Part shown: piece after piece, positions 1-6,904 of the stretch
Layout: every line of letters begins with the position of its first letter
How positions within the stretch are numbered: position 1 is the first letter of the stretch
Virus record (IMG/VR): IMGVR_UViG_3300045988_151125
Length of the DNA stretch: 35,690 nucleotides
Origin: a virus
Reading direction: 5' to 3' (one strand)
The notes under the pieces: model-generated
What the model saw: only the letters and a program-made list of their open reading frames with translations
What the model was told of the DNA's origin: nothing
The model's database searches: none
Translations under genes and position numbers: made by a program

Positions 1-119
1 CCACAGTGCAAGATACGCATTGTGGGTTTCTTTATATAGGGGCATAGCTCAGTTGGTAGAGCAGCGGTCTCCAAAACCGCGTGCCGAGGGTTCGAATCCT
101 TCTACCCCTGCCATCCATA
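1..119. repeat. Left arm of a perfect 119-bp terminal inverted repeat
   Basis: nt 1-119 are the exact reverse complement of 35572-35690. Similarity continues imperfectly (one indel, a few SNPs) to ~190 on the left and ~35505 on the right. Confidence 0.95.
38..113 (+). tRNA. trnW: tRNA-Trp (anticodon CCA)
   Basis: 76-nt cloverleaf. Acceptor is AGGGGCA/TACCCCT with one C6:A67 mismatch. Anticodon stem GCGGT/ACCGC carries loop CTCCAAA. T arm is GAGGG-TTCGAAT-CCTTC, with discriminator G and encoded CCA. Confidence 0.9.
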
Positions 120-190
120 ATCCGAAAAAAATCATTGTGTTGCCTATCGGTCTGATAGTTGCAGACTTTGCATTTTTTCGGTAAACGAGT
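114..190 (-). repeat. Copy a of the tRNA-Trp trailer unit (inverted relative to copies b, c, d)
   Basis: The reverse complement reads TTTACCGAAAAAATGCAAAGTCTGCAACTATCAGACCGATAGGCAACACAATGATTTTTTTCGGATTATGGA. It is near-identical to 740-812 and 35505-35577, and partly to 34374-34416. Confidence 0.85.
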
Positions 191-700
191 AGGAGGTTCT
201 CCTTAAAGAGCCGGCCTCTCACATCACCGTGCGTACCGACCGGTACATGGCGGTTCAACCGCATGAGTGCAAGAACTCGTAGTAGTTAGGGATGCTAAAG
301 TATCCCGCTGCTACGAGTCTTTTGTTTGTAATGGAACATTTTAATACAGGACTGCCGGCGATACGTCAATAGCCCAGTCTGGAATTTCCCCACTGGTAAG
401 CCCTGTCGGCCGGGATGCCCAGCTTTCTCAAGTTGGCAACCTTCGTTTTGGGCTTCTTCCACTGCTTCCAGATGTACATCGAAACCTGCGCCGCATCCAT
501 TCATCTCAAAACGTCAGCGTCCGCTTCATATGCCACACGAAAATAGCCAATCCAACCACGGATAGACACTTTCACTTCCTGCATCACTCTGCGGACATTG
601 CGTCTACGGTTTTGCTTTGTAAGAAGTTTCAGCGTTTTCTTTGCCCTGGCAAGAGACTTTCGGTGTTCACCACCTGGTTGTTGCTCTTGCCGGGCGCAAA
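189..700 (-). mobile_element. Internally deleted group IIC intron remnant (5' end, 3' part of the IEP ORF, domains V and VI)
   Basis: The minus strand starts TTGCGCCCGGCAAGAG right after a terminator hairpin and T-run, the typical IIC insertion context. Domain V-like hairpin GAACCGCCATGTACCGGTCGGTACGCACGGTG lies at 225-256 with a CGC triad. A DVI-like GGAGAACCTCC hairpin precedes the 3' end near 189. About 500 nt remain of an element that is normally ~1.9 kb or longer. Confidence 0.65.
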
Positions 701-716
701 ACCGAAAAAACCCCAC
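255..716 (-). pseudogene. Group II intron reverse transcriptase/maturase, C-terminal (X/thumb) fragment with in-frame stops
   Basis: A single frame reads ..VSIRGWIGYFRVAYEADADVLR*MDAAQVSMYIWKQWKKPKTKVANLRKLGIPADRAYQWGNSRLGY*RIAGSPVLKCSITNKRLVAAGYFSIPNYYEFLHSCG*. The RGWxxYF and IWKQWKKPKT maturase motifs are present. In-frame TGAs lie at 501-503 and 366-368, the latter at the conserved GYW Trp. The RT domain is absent. Confidence 0.7.
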
Positions 717-2448
717 CGGTTTGCCCGGTGGGGGTTTTCTGTTTTACCGAGAAAAAATAAAGTCTGCAACTATCAAGCCGATAGGCAACACAATGATTTT
801 TCCGGATATGGATGGCAGGGGTAGACCGTTGCCGGTCGTATCCAAAAAATGTGTCAAGTTCGGATAATGGCGCAGTTATGAGGTTTTCGGGCAGTTTATC
901 CGGGGCGATGTGCGCGGGATTCAGGACGATGCGCACCCGATGACCGCCGTCGTCGTCATCGTACACAATAATTTTCTCGACAAATTCACGGATAAACGCC
1001 CGCAGCTGTTCCGGCTGCATATTTTCAAGCCGGATATTTGTCCAGACCCGGCGCAGCTGTTCCACTGTGTCCGCCGTCTTGCGGGCATCCTCCCCCAGCG
1101 CGTCCACTTCTGCTTGCAGGGTGGCTTGCTGTTGTCGAAGGTCGTTTATGCGCTGAATGGTGAACGGCGCGTCAAGTCCGTTCTCTATGGCGGCATAAAG
1201 CCGATCAATTTTTTGCTGTAAAATGCCTATTTCTTTCCGCAACTCGCTGGCGCGTTCTGCCGGGGGCGTTCCCGGCAGCGTAGCGCCCAGCACAGCGGCG
1301 CAGATCGCGTCCATCGTTTCGGGGCGCAGGACAACGTGCTGCAGGTAGTCAACGACCGCCTTTTCCAGTTTGTCGGCGGGCACGGCGCGGACGTGCGCCC
1401 CATCGTCGTGCAAGCGCTTCTTATTGATACAGCTGTAATACCTGTATTCGACCGGCTGCCCATGGCTTTTATACCGGCGCATTTCGCCGCCCATCTGCCC
1501 GCCGCACCCGCCGCAGACGACCAGCCCGGAAAGCAAATAAAACGCTTTTGCCTTGTGCTGGGCATTGCGATGGCGGCGCTTTTCCATTTCGTCCTGTACG
1601 CGCTGCCAGTCTGCCGGATCTATGATTCGCGGCATACCGTTTTCGACGCAGACCCATTCGTCGCGGGGCTTCAACCGCCTGCGGTTGGTCTTGCCGTCAA
1701 AGTCGGCGGGCGCAAGGCGGTTCCAGATATACAGCCCGGTATATTTTTCGTTTCTCAAAATGTCGTATAGGCTATTTTTCCCAAACGGACGCCCCCGGCG
1801 GGTCGTGTAGCCGCCCGCGTTCAGCGCGTCGAGGATACCGGCATAACCAACATCTTGCAGATACAGCCGGAAAATCAGCTGCACCGCTTCCGCCTCGCGC
1901 GGGGCAACGACAAATTTGCCGGTCGTCTTATCCACGGCATAGCCCAGCGGCGGCGGCCCGCCTGTGTTGCGGGCGCTCATGGCATTTTCTCGCAAGCCTT
2001 TAACAACCTCTTGCGCAAGGTTCGCACTGTACCACTGATTTATCGCTTTCGTGACGTTCCGCATGAACTGCCCTTGCGGGGTGTCGTCGAAATGTTCCGA
2101 CGCCGACAGGACGCGAACACCATACCGCCGCAGCTGTGCTTCGACAAGGGTCTGCCGTTCCGCATTGCGGAAAAAGCGGTCGAGCTTGTGGACAATAATA
2201 AACTGCGCCCCGCCATTGATGGCATCCTGCACCATCTGGGTGAACTGCGGGCGCTCGCCGTTCCGTCCGCTGTTGCCGTGATCCTTGTAGACCTTTACCA
2301 ACTCAAAGCCGGACGCGGCAGCATAGGACACAATAGCCCGCTGCTGTGCCTCGATACTTTCTTCACGCTGCCCGGTCGTGGACTTGCGGCAGTAGCCGAA
2401 CGCGCGGGGCATATAATTATAAGCGTTGATGCGTTCCAAGATTATCAC
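667..2448 (-). CDS. Large serine recombinase (integrase)
   Basis: N-terminal resolvase motif AFGYCRKSTTGQ (catalytic Ser), a recombinase domain, a zinc-ribbon LVVCGGCGG...YYSC and a coiled-coil. The GTG start overlaps the upstream stop as GTGA. The last ~55 codons run through attL and the terminator hairpin. Confidence 0.9.
   Translation of the reverse strand: MIILERINAYNYMPRAFGYCRKSTTGQREESIEAQQRAIVSYAAASGFELVKVYKDHGNSGRNGERPQFTQMVQDAINGGAQFIIVHKLDRFFRNAERQTLVEAQLRRYGVRVLSASEHFDDTPQGQFMRNVTKAINQWYSANLAQEVVKGLRENAMSARNTGGPPPLGYAVDKTTGKFVVAPREAEAVQLIFRLYLQDVGYAGILDALNAGGYTTRRGRPFGKNSLYDILRNEKYTGLYIWNRLAPADFDGKTNRRRLKPRDEWVCVENGMPRIIDPADWQRVQDEMEKRRHRNAQHKAKAFYLLSGLVVCGGCGGQMGGEMRRYKSHGQPVEYRYYSCINKKRLHDDGAHVRAVPADKLEKAVVDYLQHVVLRPETMDAICAAVLGATLPGTPPAERASELRKEIGILQQKIDRLYAAIENGLDAPFTIQRINDLRQQQATLQAEVDALGEDARKTADTVEQLRRVWTNIRLENMQPEQLRAFIREFVEKIIVYDDDDGGHRVRIVLNPAHIAPDKLPENLITAPLSELDTFFGYDRQRSTPAIHIRKNHCVAYRLDSCRLYFFSVKQKTPTGQTGGVFSVLRPARATTRW
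705..739. terminator. Bidirectional rho-independent terminator shared by the two convergent tRNA-Trp units
   Basis: AAAAAACCCCACCGG-TTTGC-CCGGTGGGGGTTTT: a 9-10 bp GC stem with an A-run on one side and a T-run on the other. Confidence 0.75.
705..825 (+). repeat. attL-side direct repeat (terminator, trailer copy b, last 13 nt of tRNA-Trp)
   Basis: 705-825 matches 35467-35590 apart from compensatory changes in the hairpin, one SNP and a T-run length difference. TGGCAGGGGTAGA at 813-825 is the reverse complement of the tRNA 3' end. Homology stops at 825/826. Confidence 0.8.
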
Positions 2449-3446
2449 TCCAGCAAGTCATCAAGGGCATGTTCAAATACCTTTTCAATTAAATAGCAAT
2501 CAGTAAGACCGCTGTGCGGTTTGTCGGAGTATATGTGGCAATTTTCAAGAACTTCGTCAAGCTTAAAGGAATCCAAGTCAGAACTGTAAACTTTTCGAAC
2601 AAGCGGAAGCATATCATAAAAACGGCGTTTTGTCGAAACTATGTCTATGCCACGCGAAAACAGAAATTTCAAATCAAAAGGCAGACTATAACCGATAATT
2701 GCAGAAGAACCAAGGAAAGAAACAAAGGACGTCGCAACCTGCGACAGTGTAGGAGCGCCCGCAACGTCTGCGTCGGTAATACCATTGACGGCGGTCGCTT
2801 CGGGCGGAATAGTCGTTCCCGGATTGACAAGCGTTTCAAATGCAGCAATCGGCTCGTAATCTTCATAACGGATAGCAGAAAGTTTAAGTATTCGCCCGCC
2901 CTGTACTTTTAAGCCGTTGGTTTCGACAGAAAGGACGACAAAAGCGGGCAAACGGTCACGGTTGAACGCCGTGCCGATACCTGTATAACTGACTATCGGC
3001 ATATCAGACAGCGCGAGCCGATGCAGGACGGTGGATCCGTCAAGCTCTATTTTTGTTCTGGGAATTGCCGCTACTGCGTGGGTAACGTCGCGGCATTCAT
3101 CCGCGCGGTGTGCTTCTATGCGGTGGCTGCGCTCGACGTTTTCAAGTATTGTGTCGTAGGGGCTTTGTGATGCAGGGAGATAGCCATAAAGTCCGCTATA
3201 ATTTTTGTCTTTCCCTGTTCTAAGTTCTGCGCGGATTTTTCTGTCAATTTCGTGTTTGTCAATGGTTGCGCAATAATCAAGAAACCGCTGCCCTGCTTCG
3301 GCTTTGTTGATGTACCCTTTTGCAACCTTATAATCGCCGTATAAAGTGCGGAACGTTGTGTAGTTTCCGGAAGCACGCGGTTCAGAAGATTCTTGCTGCG
3401 GCGTGGTTTCGCTCTTCTTACCGAACAATGCGGACAGAAAGCCCAT
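2445..3446 (-). CDS. DEDDh (DnaQ-like) 3'-5' exonuclease domain protein with an unassigned ~165-aa N-terminal region
   Basis: ExoI-like FVVLSVETNGL, ExoII-like IIGYSLPFDLKFL and ExoIII-like HSGLTDCYLIEKVF motifs. GC is roughly 40-48% against ~60% in the flanks. Confidence 0.75.
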   Translation of the reverse strand: MGFLSALFGKKSETTPQQESSEPRASGNYTTFRTLYGDYKVAKGYINKAEAGQRFLDYCATIDKHEIDRKIRAELRTGKDKNYSGLYGYLPASQSPYDTILENVERSHRIEAHRADECRDVTHAVAAIPRTKIELDGSTVLHRLALSDMPIVSYTGIGTAFNRDRLPAFVVLSVETNGLKVQGGRILKLSAIRYEDYEPIAAFETLVNPGTTIPPEATAVNGITDADVAGAPTLSQVATSFVSFLGSSAIIGYSLPFDLKFLFSRGIDIVSTKRRFYDMLPLVRKVYSSDLDSFKLDEVLENCHIYSDKPHSGLTDCYLIEKVFEHALDDLLE

Positions 3447-3475
3447 AAGTCAACATCCTTTACATATAAAATTTT

Positions 3476-3508
3476 GACCGTTCCTATACAAGTGAACGGT
3501 CGTTTTTT
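3476..3508 (+). terminator. Hairpin plus T-run between the repressor and exonuclease genes
   Basis: GACCGTTC-(10 nt)-GAACGGTC followed by GTTTTTT. The T-run is on the plus strand and the upstream flank is AAAATTTT, so function on the minus strand is uncertain. Confidence 0.5.
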
Positions 3509-3532
3509 ATTTTATCCAATAAGCACATTCAA

Positions 3533-3901
3533 TTATGCGTTTTGGGAAACAGGACAAGACGCCCCCTCCCCATATAGGGCGGCGTATTCGTGTTCCAAAA
3601 TGTTAAGTACAGCAGATTGACCGCGGGCATCAAGTGCGCGGAATTTGTCAATTAAAAGCTGTTCTGCGGTTGATAGGCTGCTGCTTTCTGCGGACAAAGG
3701 CGAAAAACTATCTTGAAAAAGGAAATTCGGTTCTACATTCAAAACATCGAATATTTGAAGAAGAACAACGTCTTTCGGGCTGCTGACACCGTTTTCATAA
3801 TTGCCGACAGCCGATTTTGTAATACCAAGTTTCTTTGCTAATTCGAGCTGCGTAAGCCCAGCGCTTTCGCGTGCCTGTCGAAGGCGTGTTGCAAATGACA
3901 T
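3533..3901 (-). CDS. XRE-family HTH repressor (cI-like)
   Basis: MSFATRLRQARESAGLTQLELAKKLGITKSAVGNYENG is a classic HTH_3 motif. The RBS is AGGGAGGG. The gene is divergent from a cro-like gene. The ORF-track start at 3997 is rejected in favour of the ATG at 3901. Confidence 0.85.
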   Translation of the reverse strand: MSFATRLRQARESAGLTQLELAKKLGITKSAVGNYENGVSSPKDVVLLQIFDVLNVEPNFLFQDSFSPLSAESSSLSTAEQLLIDKFRALDARGQSAVLNILEHEYAALYGEGASCPVSQNA

Positions 3902-3925
3902 TTTGGCATCCCTCCCTTTTATTAC

Positions 3926-3954
3926 AGTATATAGGCGGCATCTCAAAAAGTCAA
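3926..3954 (-). promoter_or_regulatory. Putative repressor (maintenance) promoter
   Basis: On the minus strand, TTGACT (3949-3954), a 17-nt spacer and TATACT (3926-3931) sit upstream of the cI-like RBS. Confidence 0.6.
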
Positions 3955-3961
3955 GATAAAA

Positions 3962-4037
3962 GTACAAGAAAATTGTACAAAGGTCTTGACAGTACAAGAT
4001 AATTGTGCTATTTTAAGGATGTCCAAGAAACTTGTAC
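3962..4037. promoter_or_regulatory. Three 17-bp palindromic operators plus the rightward early promoter
   Basis: O1 is GTACAAGAAAATTGTAC (3962-3978), O2 is GTACAAGATAATTGTGC (3992-4008) and O3 is GTCCAAGAAACTTGTAC (4021-4037). TTGACA at 3986-3991 and TATTTT at 4009-4014 flank O2 with an exact 17-nt spacer. Confidence 0.7.
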
Positions 4038-4055
4038 TTTGGAGGTGTCAGTGTA

Positions 4056-4280
4056 ATGGAAGTAACCGAAACTATTACTAAAATTATTTCGGACAGATGT
4101 ATGAAACAGGCGGCTGTTGCAAGGGCTGCCGGATACACGCCGAAACAGTTCAATAACCTGCTTCATGGCAGAAAGCGCTTCACCGCGGACGACGTTGTCC
4201 CGATTTGCAAAGCCCTGTCGATTACGCCGAACGAACTTTTTCGATATGGGCAACACCCCGGCGGCATAACGGAGGGCTGA
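4056..4280 (+). CDS. Cro/XRE-like HTH early regulator
   Basis: MEVTETITKIISDRCMKQAAVARAAGYTPKQFNNLLHGRKRFT. RBS GGAGGTG lies 8 nt upstream of the ATG. Confidence 0.75.
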   Translation: MEVTETITKIISDRCMKQAAVARAAGYTPKQFNNLLHGRKRFTADDVVPICKALSITPNELFRYGQHPGGITEG

Positions 4281-4282
4281 CG

Positions 4283-4498
4283 ATGACACTGTACAGCGTT
4301 CTGATGCTTTCAATTCTGTGGGCGGTTGCTGCTGCGTGTGCGTTCGTCCATACAGCAACAGCCGCAACGCATGAATTTGAAATGACAGGCAAGCTGTCAA
4401 AGCGCTGGTGGCTGGGTTCTCTTCTGTATCTGCTTTACGCGCTGCTCGTCTGCGCTGCTATCACTATATTTTTACTACGGTACGCAGACCTTTTGTGA
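4283..4498 (+). CDS. Small membrane protein (two predicted TM helices)
   Basis: The RBS GGAGGG lies in the upstream junction motif. Hydrophobic segments are LMLSILWAVAAACAFV and LLYLLYALLVCAAITIFLL. Confidence 0.55.
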   Translation: MTLYSVLMLSILWAVAAACAFVHTATAATHEFEMTGKLSKRWWLGSLLYLLYALLVCAAITIFLLRYADLL

Positions 4499-4856
4499 TT
4501 TCGCTTAAAAGTTCCACAGTGCCTTCGCAATATTCGGGATCTGTAAGCATAGTGCTAAACTGTTGCATTTTGGGCAGGATTTCAGCTGGCGCGTATAGTT
4601 CCGCTTTTGCAGATGCAGCGCCGAAAGCTGCGATATTTTCTGGCGACGAATAGGCGGAGCACCGCCCGGCTGCAATTACATAAGCATCAAATATTTCTAT
4701 AATGCGCTGCGTTTGTCGTTGATTTTCGGCGTTTTCGAGTTCGAGCTTTTTTAGATTATATTCAGCTTGACTTTTGATTTTCGTAGTAATAACCGGCGCG
4801 ACAACGGCAGAAATGCCAAGGATAACGCTAAATGTGACAGTAAAATCAAAATTCAT
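4464..4856 (-). CDS. N-terminally membrane-anchored protein of unknown function (immunity-region moron)
   Basis: ATG with RBS AAAGGGG. TM segment FTVTFSVILGISAVVAPVI. AT-rich. Its 3' end overlaps the convergent gene 4283-4498 by 35 nt. Confidence 0.6.
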   Translation of the reverse strand: MNFDFTVTFSVILGISAVVAPVITTKIKSQAEYNLKKLELENAENQRQTQRIIEIFDAYVIAAGRCSAYSSPENIAAFGAASAKAELYAPAEILPKMQQFSTMLTDPEYCEGTVELLSEITKGLRTVVKI

Positions 4857-4967
4857 AAACAAAACCCCTTTACAAATTATTTAGTAAAAAATACCACAAA
4901 AACGAGAAAAGCACAAGAATCTCTGCCAGTCGTATCCAAAAAGCGGCGGCATAACGGAGAGCTGAAA

Positions 4968-5210
4968 ATGACAAGCGTAAAAGTAACTTATCTAGTTGTC
5001 CGGCGTGATTTTTGGGGCGTCACCGCAAACGAAGAAACCGAAACGCTCAGAGTGGACGATTGGGTGGCGGAAAAGCTCATTGACGGAACAGCGCCCAAAG
5101 AACTGATTGAAGCTGTTAAAGGGTTTCTTTTCGGCGTCGAATATTTTCAAGGGCACAAGGGCGCAATCAAGAGTATTCAAAAATGCGAGAAAGCCGAGTC
5201 GGAGGGCTGA
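4968..5210 (+). CDS. Hypothetical early protein
   Basis: ATG preceded by ACGGAGAGCTGAAA. Compact gene packing. Confidence 0.55.
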   Translation: MTSVKVTYLVVRRDFWGVTANEETETLRVDDWVAEKLIDGTAPKELIEAVKGFLFGVEYFQGHKGAIKSIQKCEKAESEG

Positions 5211-5212
5211 AC

Positions 5213-5452
5213 ATGAAAAACATCGAAGTAACCTACACCGCGCAGGCGTGGGAAAACGGAAAATGTGAAGAGGGCGAAGCAGCTTTTATTTTGCCCATGA
5301 CTGACGGGCTTGCAGAATGTTACCTGACCGGCGTCGGTATGAATCGCGGCGCGGTCAACCTTGTGGAAACCGCGCTGGAAGCCGTCGAGATCATGCGCGG
5401 GCGCATCTACGTTCGCGGCAGCATTAAGTGCTACCGCGAAGCCAAGGGGTGA
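5213..5452 (+). CDS. Hypothetical early protein
   Basis: ATG preceded by GGAGGGCTGAAC. Confidence 0.55.
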   Translation: MKNIEVTYTAQAWENGKCEEGEAAFILPMTDGLAECYLTGVGMNRGAVNLVETALEAVEIMRGRIYVRGSIKCYREAKG

Positions 5453-5458
5453 AAGACT

Positions 5459-5626
5459 ATGAAAGAGAAAGCCTGTACCGTCAGCGGCGTGGAGCTGCCG
5501 GACGGTACGCCGGTCGGTCTGGGCATTCTGACCGATGCGGGCGTCAAGGCGGCGGCGCCATTTCTGGTAGAGCTGTTCGCCGCAGAATTGAACAAACAGA
5601 AAGCAGGGGTCAAAAATGCAGTATAA
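5459..5626 (+). CDS. Hypothetical small protein (55 aa, below the ORF-track cutoff)
   Basis: ATG at 5459 with RBS GGGGTG. It fills the gap between neighbours, and its 3' end overlaps the next gene's start (ATG at 5616). Confidence 0.45.
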   Translation: MKEKACTVSGVELPDGTPVGLGILTDAGVKAAAPFLVELFAAELNKQKAGVKNAV

Positions 5627-5906
5627 AATTATCACCGTCAATCTTCCCCACGGCGGCAGCACCGCCCCGGCGGATACCGCCCGGCAGGTCGAACACCTGC
5701 GCGCCGAAAACCGCATTTTGTGGCGGCTGGCGGTCGTCTGCACCGTCACACTGCTGGCGGCGCTGACGCTGTTCAGTTGGCAGCTGCACACGACCCGCGA
5801 AACCTACGACGTTTTGAAAGCGTCCTGCGAGTTCCGCGCCGCCGCAGCTGAACAGCGGGCGCGCGACTACCGCGCCTTGCTGGATACCTACGAGGCGGCA
5901 CAATGA
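5616..5906 (+). CDS. Hypothetical membrane-anchored protein
   Basis: TM segment LAVVCTVTLLAALTLF. Start and stop are coupled to the neighbouring genes. Confidence 0.55.
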   Translation: MQYKIITVNLPHGGSTAPADTARQVEHLRAENRILWRLAVVCTVTLLAALTLFSWQLHTTRETYDVLKASCEFRAAAAEQRARDYRALLDTYEAAQ

Positions 5907-6190
5907 CAATTTTAGAATATCTGCAAGACCTTGACCGCGACGACCGCGCCGCGCGGGTCGGCTGCGTAGATAACGCCCTGCTGGGTCTGCGCGGGCTTGC
6001 CCCTGAGACGGTCGCCGCCGCAAGCTGGAAAACGTGGGCTTGCCCGGAATATCTGGCGGAGGCGCTGGGCTTTGTATTTGAGTGCAAACACCCGCGCACC
6101 GGCGACACCACAATCTGCGAGGAATGCGCCGCCGCGTTCCTGCGGGCGCAATACCCCAACACAGGGAGGGCAAAAAAGTGGAAAAAATAA
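5903..6190 (+). CDS. Hypothetical protein
   Basis: ATGA overlap with the upstream gene. Confidence 0.55.
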   Translation: MTILEYLQDLDRDDRAARVGCVDNALLGLRGLAPETVAAASWKTWACPEYLAEALGFVFECKHPRTGDTTICEECAAAFLRAQYPNTGRAKKWKK

Positions 6191-6435
6191 GCCAACGCGA
6201 GGCAGTCGCATGGGTCATTGAGGGAGTGCGGCAGAACGAAAAGACATTTCACACGGTACTGCATAACACAAACGGCGTACATAATCCCGGCGCGCGCGGG
6301 TCGCTGATCTGCCAAGCGGCAGAGCTGGCGGGCATGACTGCCGCCTACAAAGACACCTTGCAGCGCCTTTTGCTGGCGGGCATGGTTCCCGCCGACCTGC
6401 TGGACGATGCGCGGGAGGCGGCAAAGAAAAAATGA
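6178..6435 (+). CDS. Hypothetical protein
   Basis: GTG start with RBS GGGAGGG 8 nt upstream. Confidence 0.5.
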   Translation: MEKISQREAVAWVIEGVRQNEKTFHTVLHNTNGVHNPGARGSLICQAAELAGMTAAYKDTLQRLLLAGMVPADLLDDAREAAKKK

Positions 6436-6605
6436 ACGTCTTATTTTATGCGCTGACCGTGGTCGTCGCAGGTGTCGGTCTGGCGTCGGCATGGATAAGC
6501 GGGCGCGACGTCGGCTACCGTAACGCAATGCGCGAGCACGACCTGCTGGACGACAACGAACCGACCATCTATCGCCCGGACAATGACGCCGGGAGCAGAA
6601 AATGA
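6432..6605 (+). CDS. Hypothetical small membrane protein (57 aa)
   Basis: ATG at 6432 overlaps the upstream stop. TM segment LFYALTVVVAGVGLASAWI. ATGA overlap with the next gene. Confidence 0.45.
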   Translation: MNVLFYALTVVVAGVGLASAWISGRDVGYRNAMREHDLLDDNEPTIYRPDNDAGSRK

Positions 6606-6904
6606 CCCCGGCGGAACAGAGGGCGGCGCTCATCGACGCGCTGGCAGCGTTGGTTCTGGAAGATCGCCGCCGCGAAGCAGAGCACAACCCCAAAAAGCCG
6701 CCCTACTACTTCATCAATATAAGCCACCCGGTTATCCGTGTTTTCTATCTGCAATGGATGGCAAAACACAACGAAGCCGCCCCGCCCGGCGACCTGAGCC
6801 GCACCCGGTTCGAGCTGTCCATGCTGCACCCCGCCGCCCTGCGCGACCTTGCCCGCTACTATCAAGAGCAAGGGCGGTTGCAGAATATGCAACTACCACA
6901 ATAG
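6602..6904 (+). CDS. Hypothetical protein
   Basis: 100-aa ORF coupled to the upstream gene. Confidence 0.55.
   Translation: MTPAEQRAALIDALAALVLEDRRREAEHNPKKPPYYFINISHPVIRVFYLQWMAKHNEAAPPGDLSRTRFELSMLHPAALRDLARYYQEQGRLQNMQLPQ

Noticed and set aside
1-119. Terminal inverted repeat read as true ends of a linear phage genome (protein-primed or hairpin-telomere type), or as evidence of a complete viral genome.
   Set aside because: The repeat is a host tRNA-Trp gene with its upstream flank. The phage has an integrase, att repeats and an HNH/terminase packaging module, so the repeat reflects the host locus or the assembly, not phage termini.
366-503. In-frame TGA codons in the intron maturase as evidence for TGA-to-Trp recoding.
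   Set aside because: Many well-supported genes in the window terminate at TGA (for example cro-like, TerS, Dit). The intron is also internally deleted, so decay (TGG to TGA) is the simpler explanation.
49-504. ORFs 49-264 and 295-504 (minus strand), and 598-867 and 612-824 (plus strand), as genes.
   Set aside because: They overlap the tRNA, its trailer, the intron RNA domains or the terminator, and are wrong-frame readings of the maturase remnant.
3902-3997. Upstream 32 codons of ORF 3533-3997 (repressor).
   Set aside because: This stretch would cover the divergent promoter/operator region. The ATG at 3901 has a strong RBS and gives a typical HTH N-terminus.
5773-6693. Long antisense ORFs opposite the phage operons. 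Examples: 5773-6693, 11873-13333, 19650-21212, 23814-24740, 28267-29238, 29403-30266, 32477-33688 and 33561-34400, all on the minus strand.
   Set aside because: They lie opposite well-supported, tightly coupled genes in ~60% GC DNA, where stop codons are rare in shadow frames. Their translations are Arg/Ala/Gly/Pro-rich with no motifs and no RBS.
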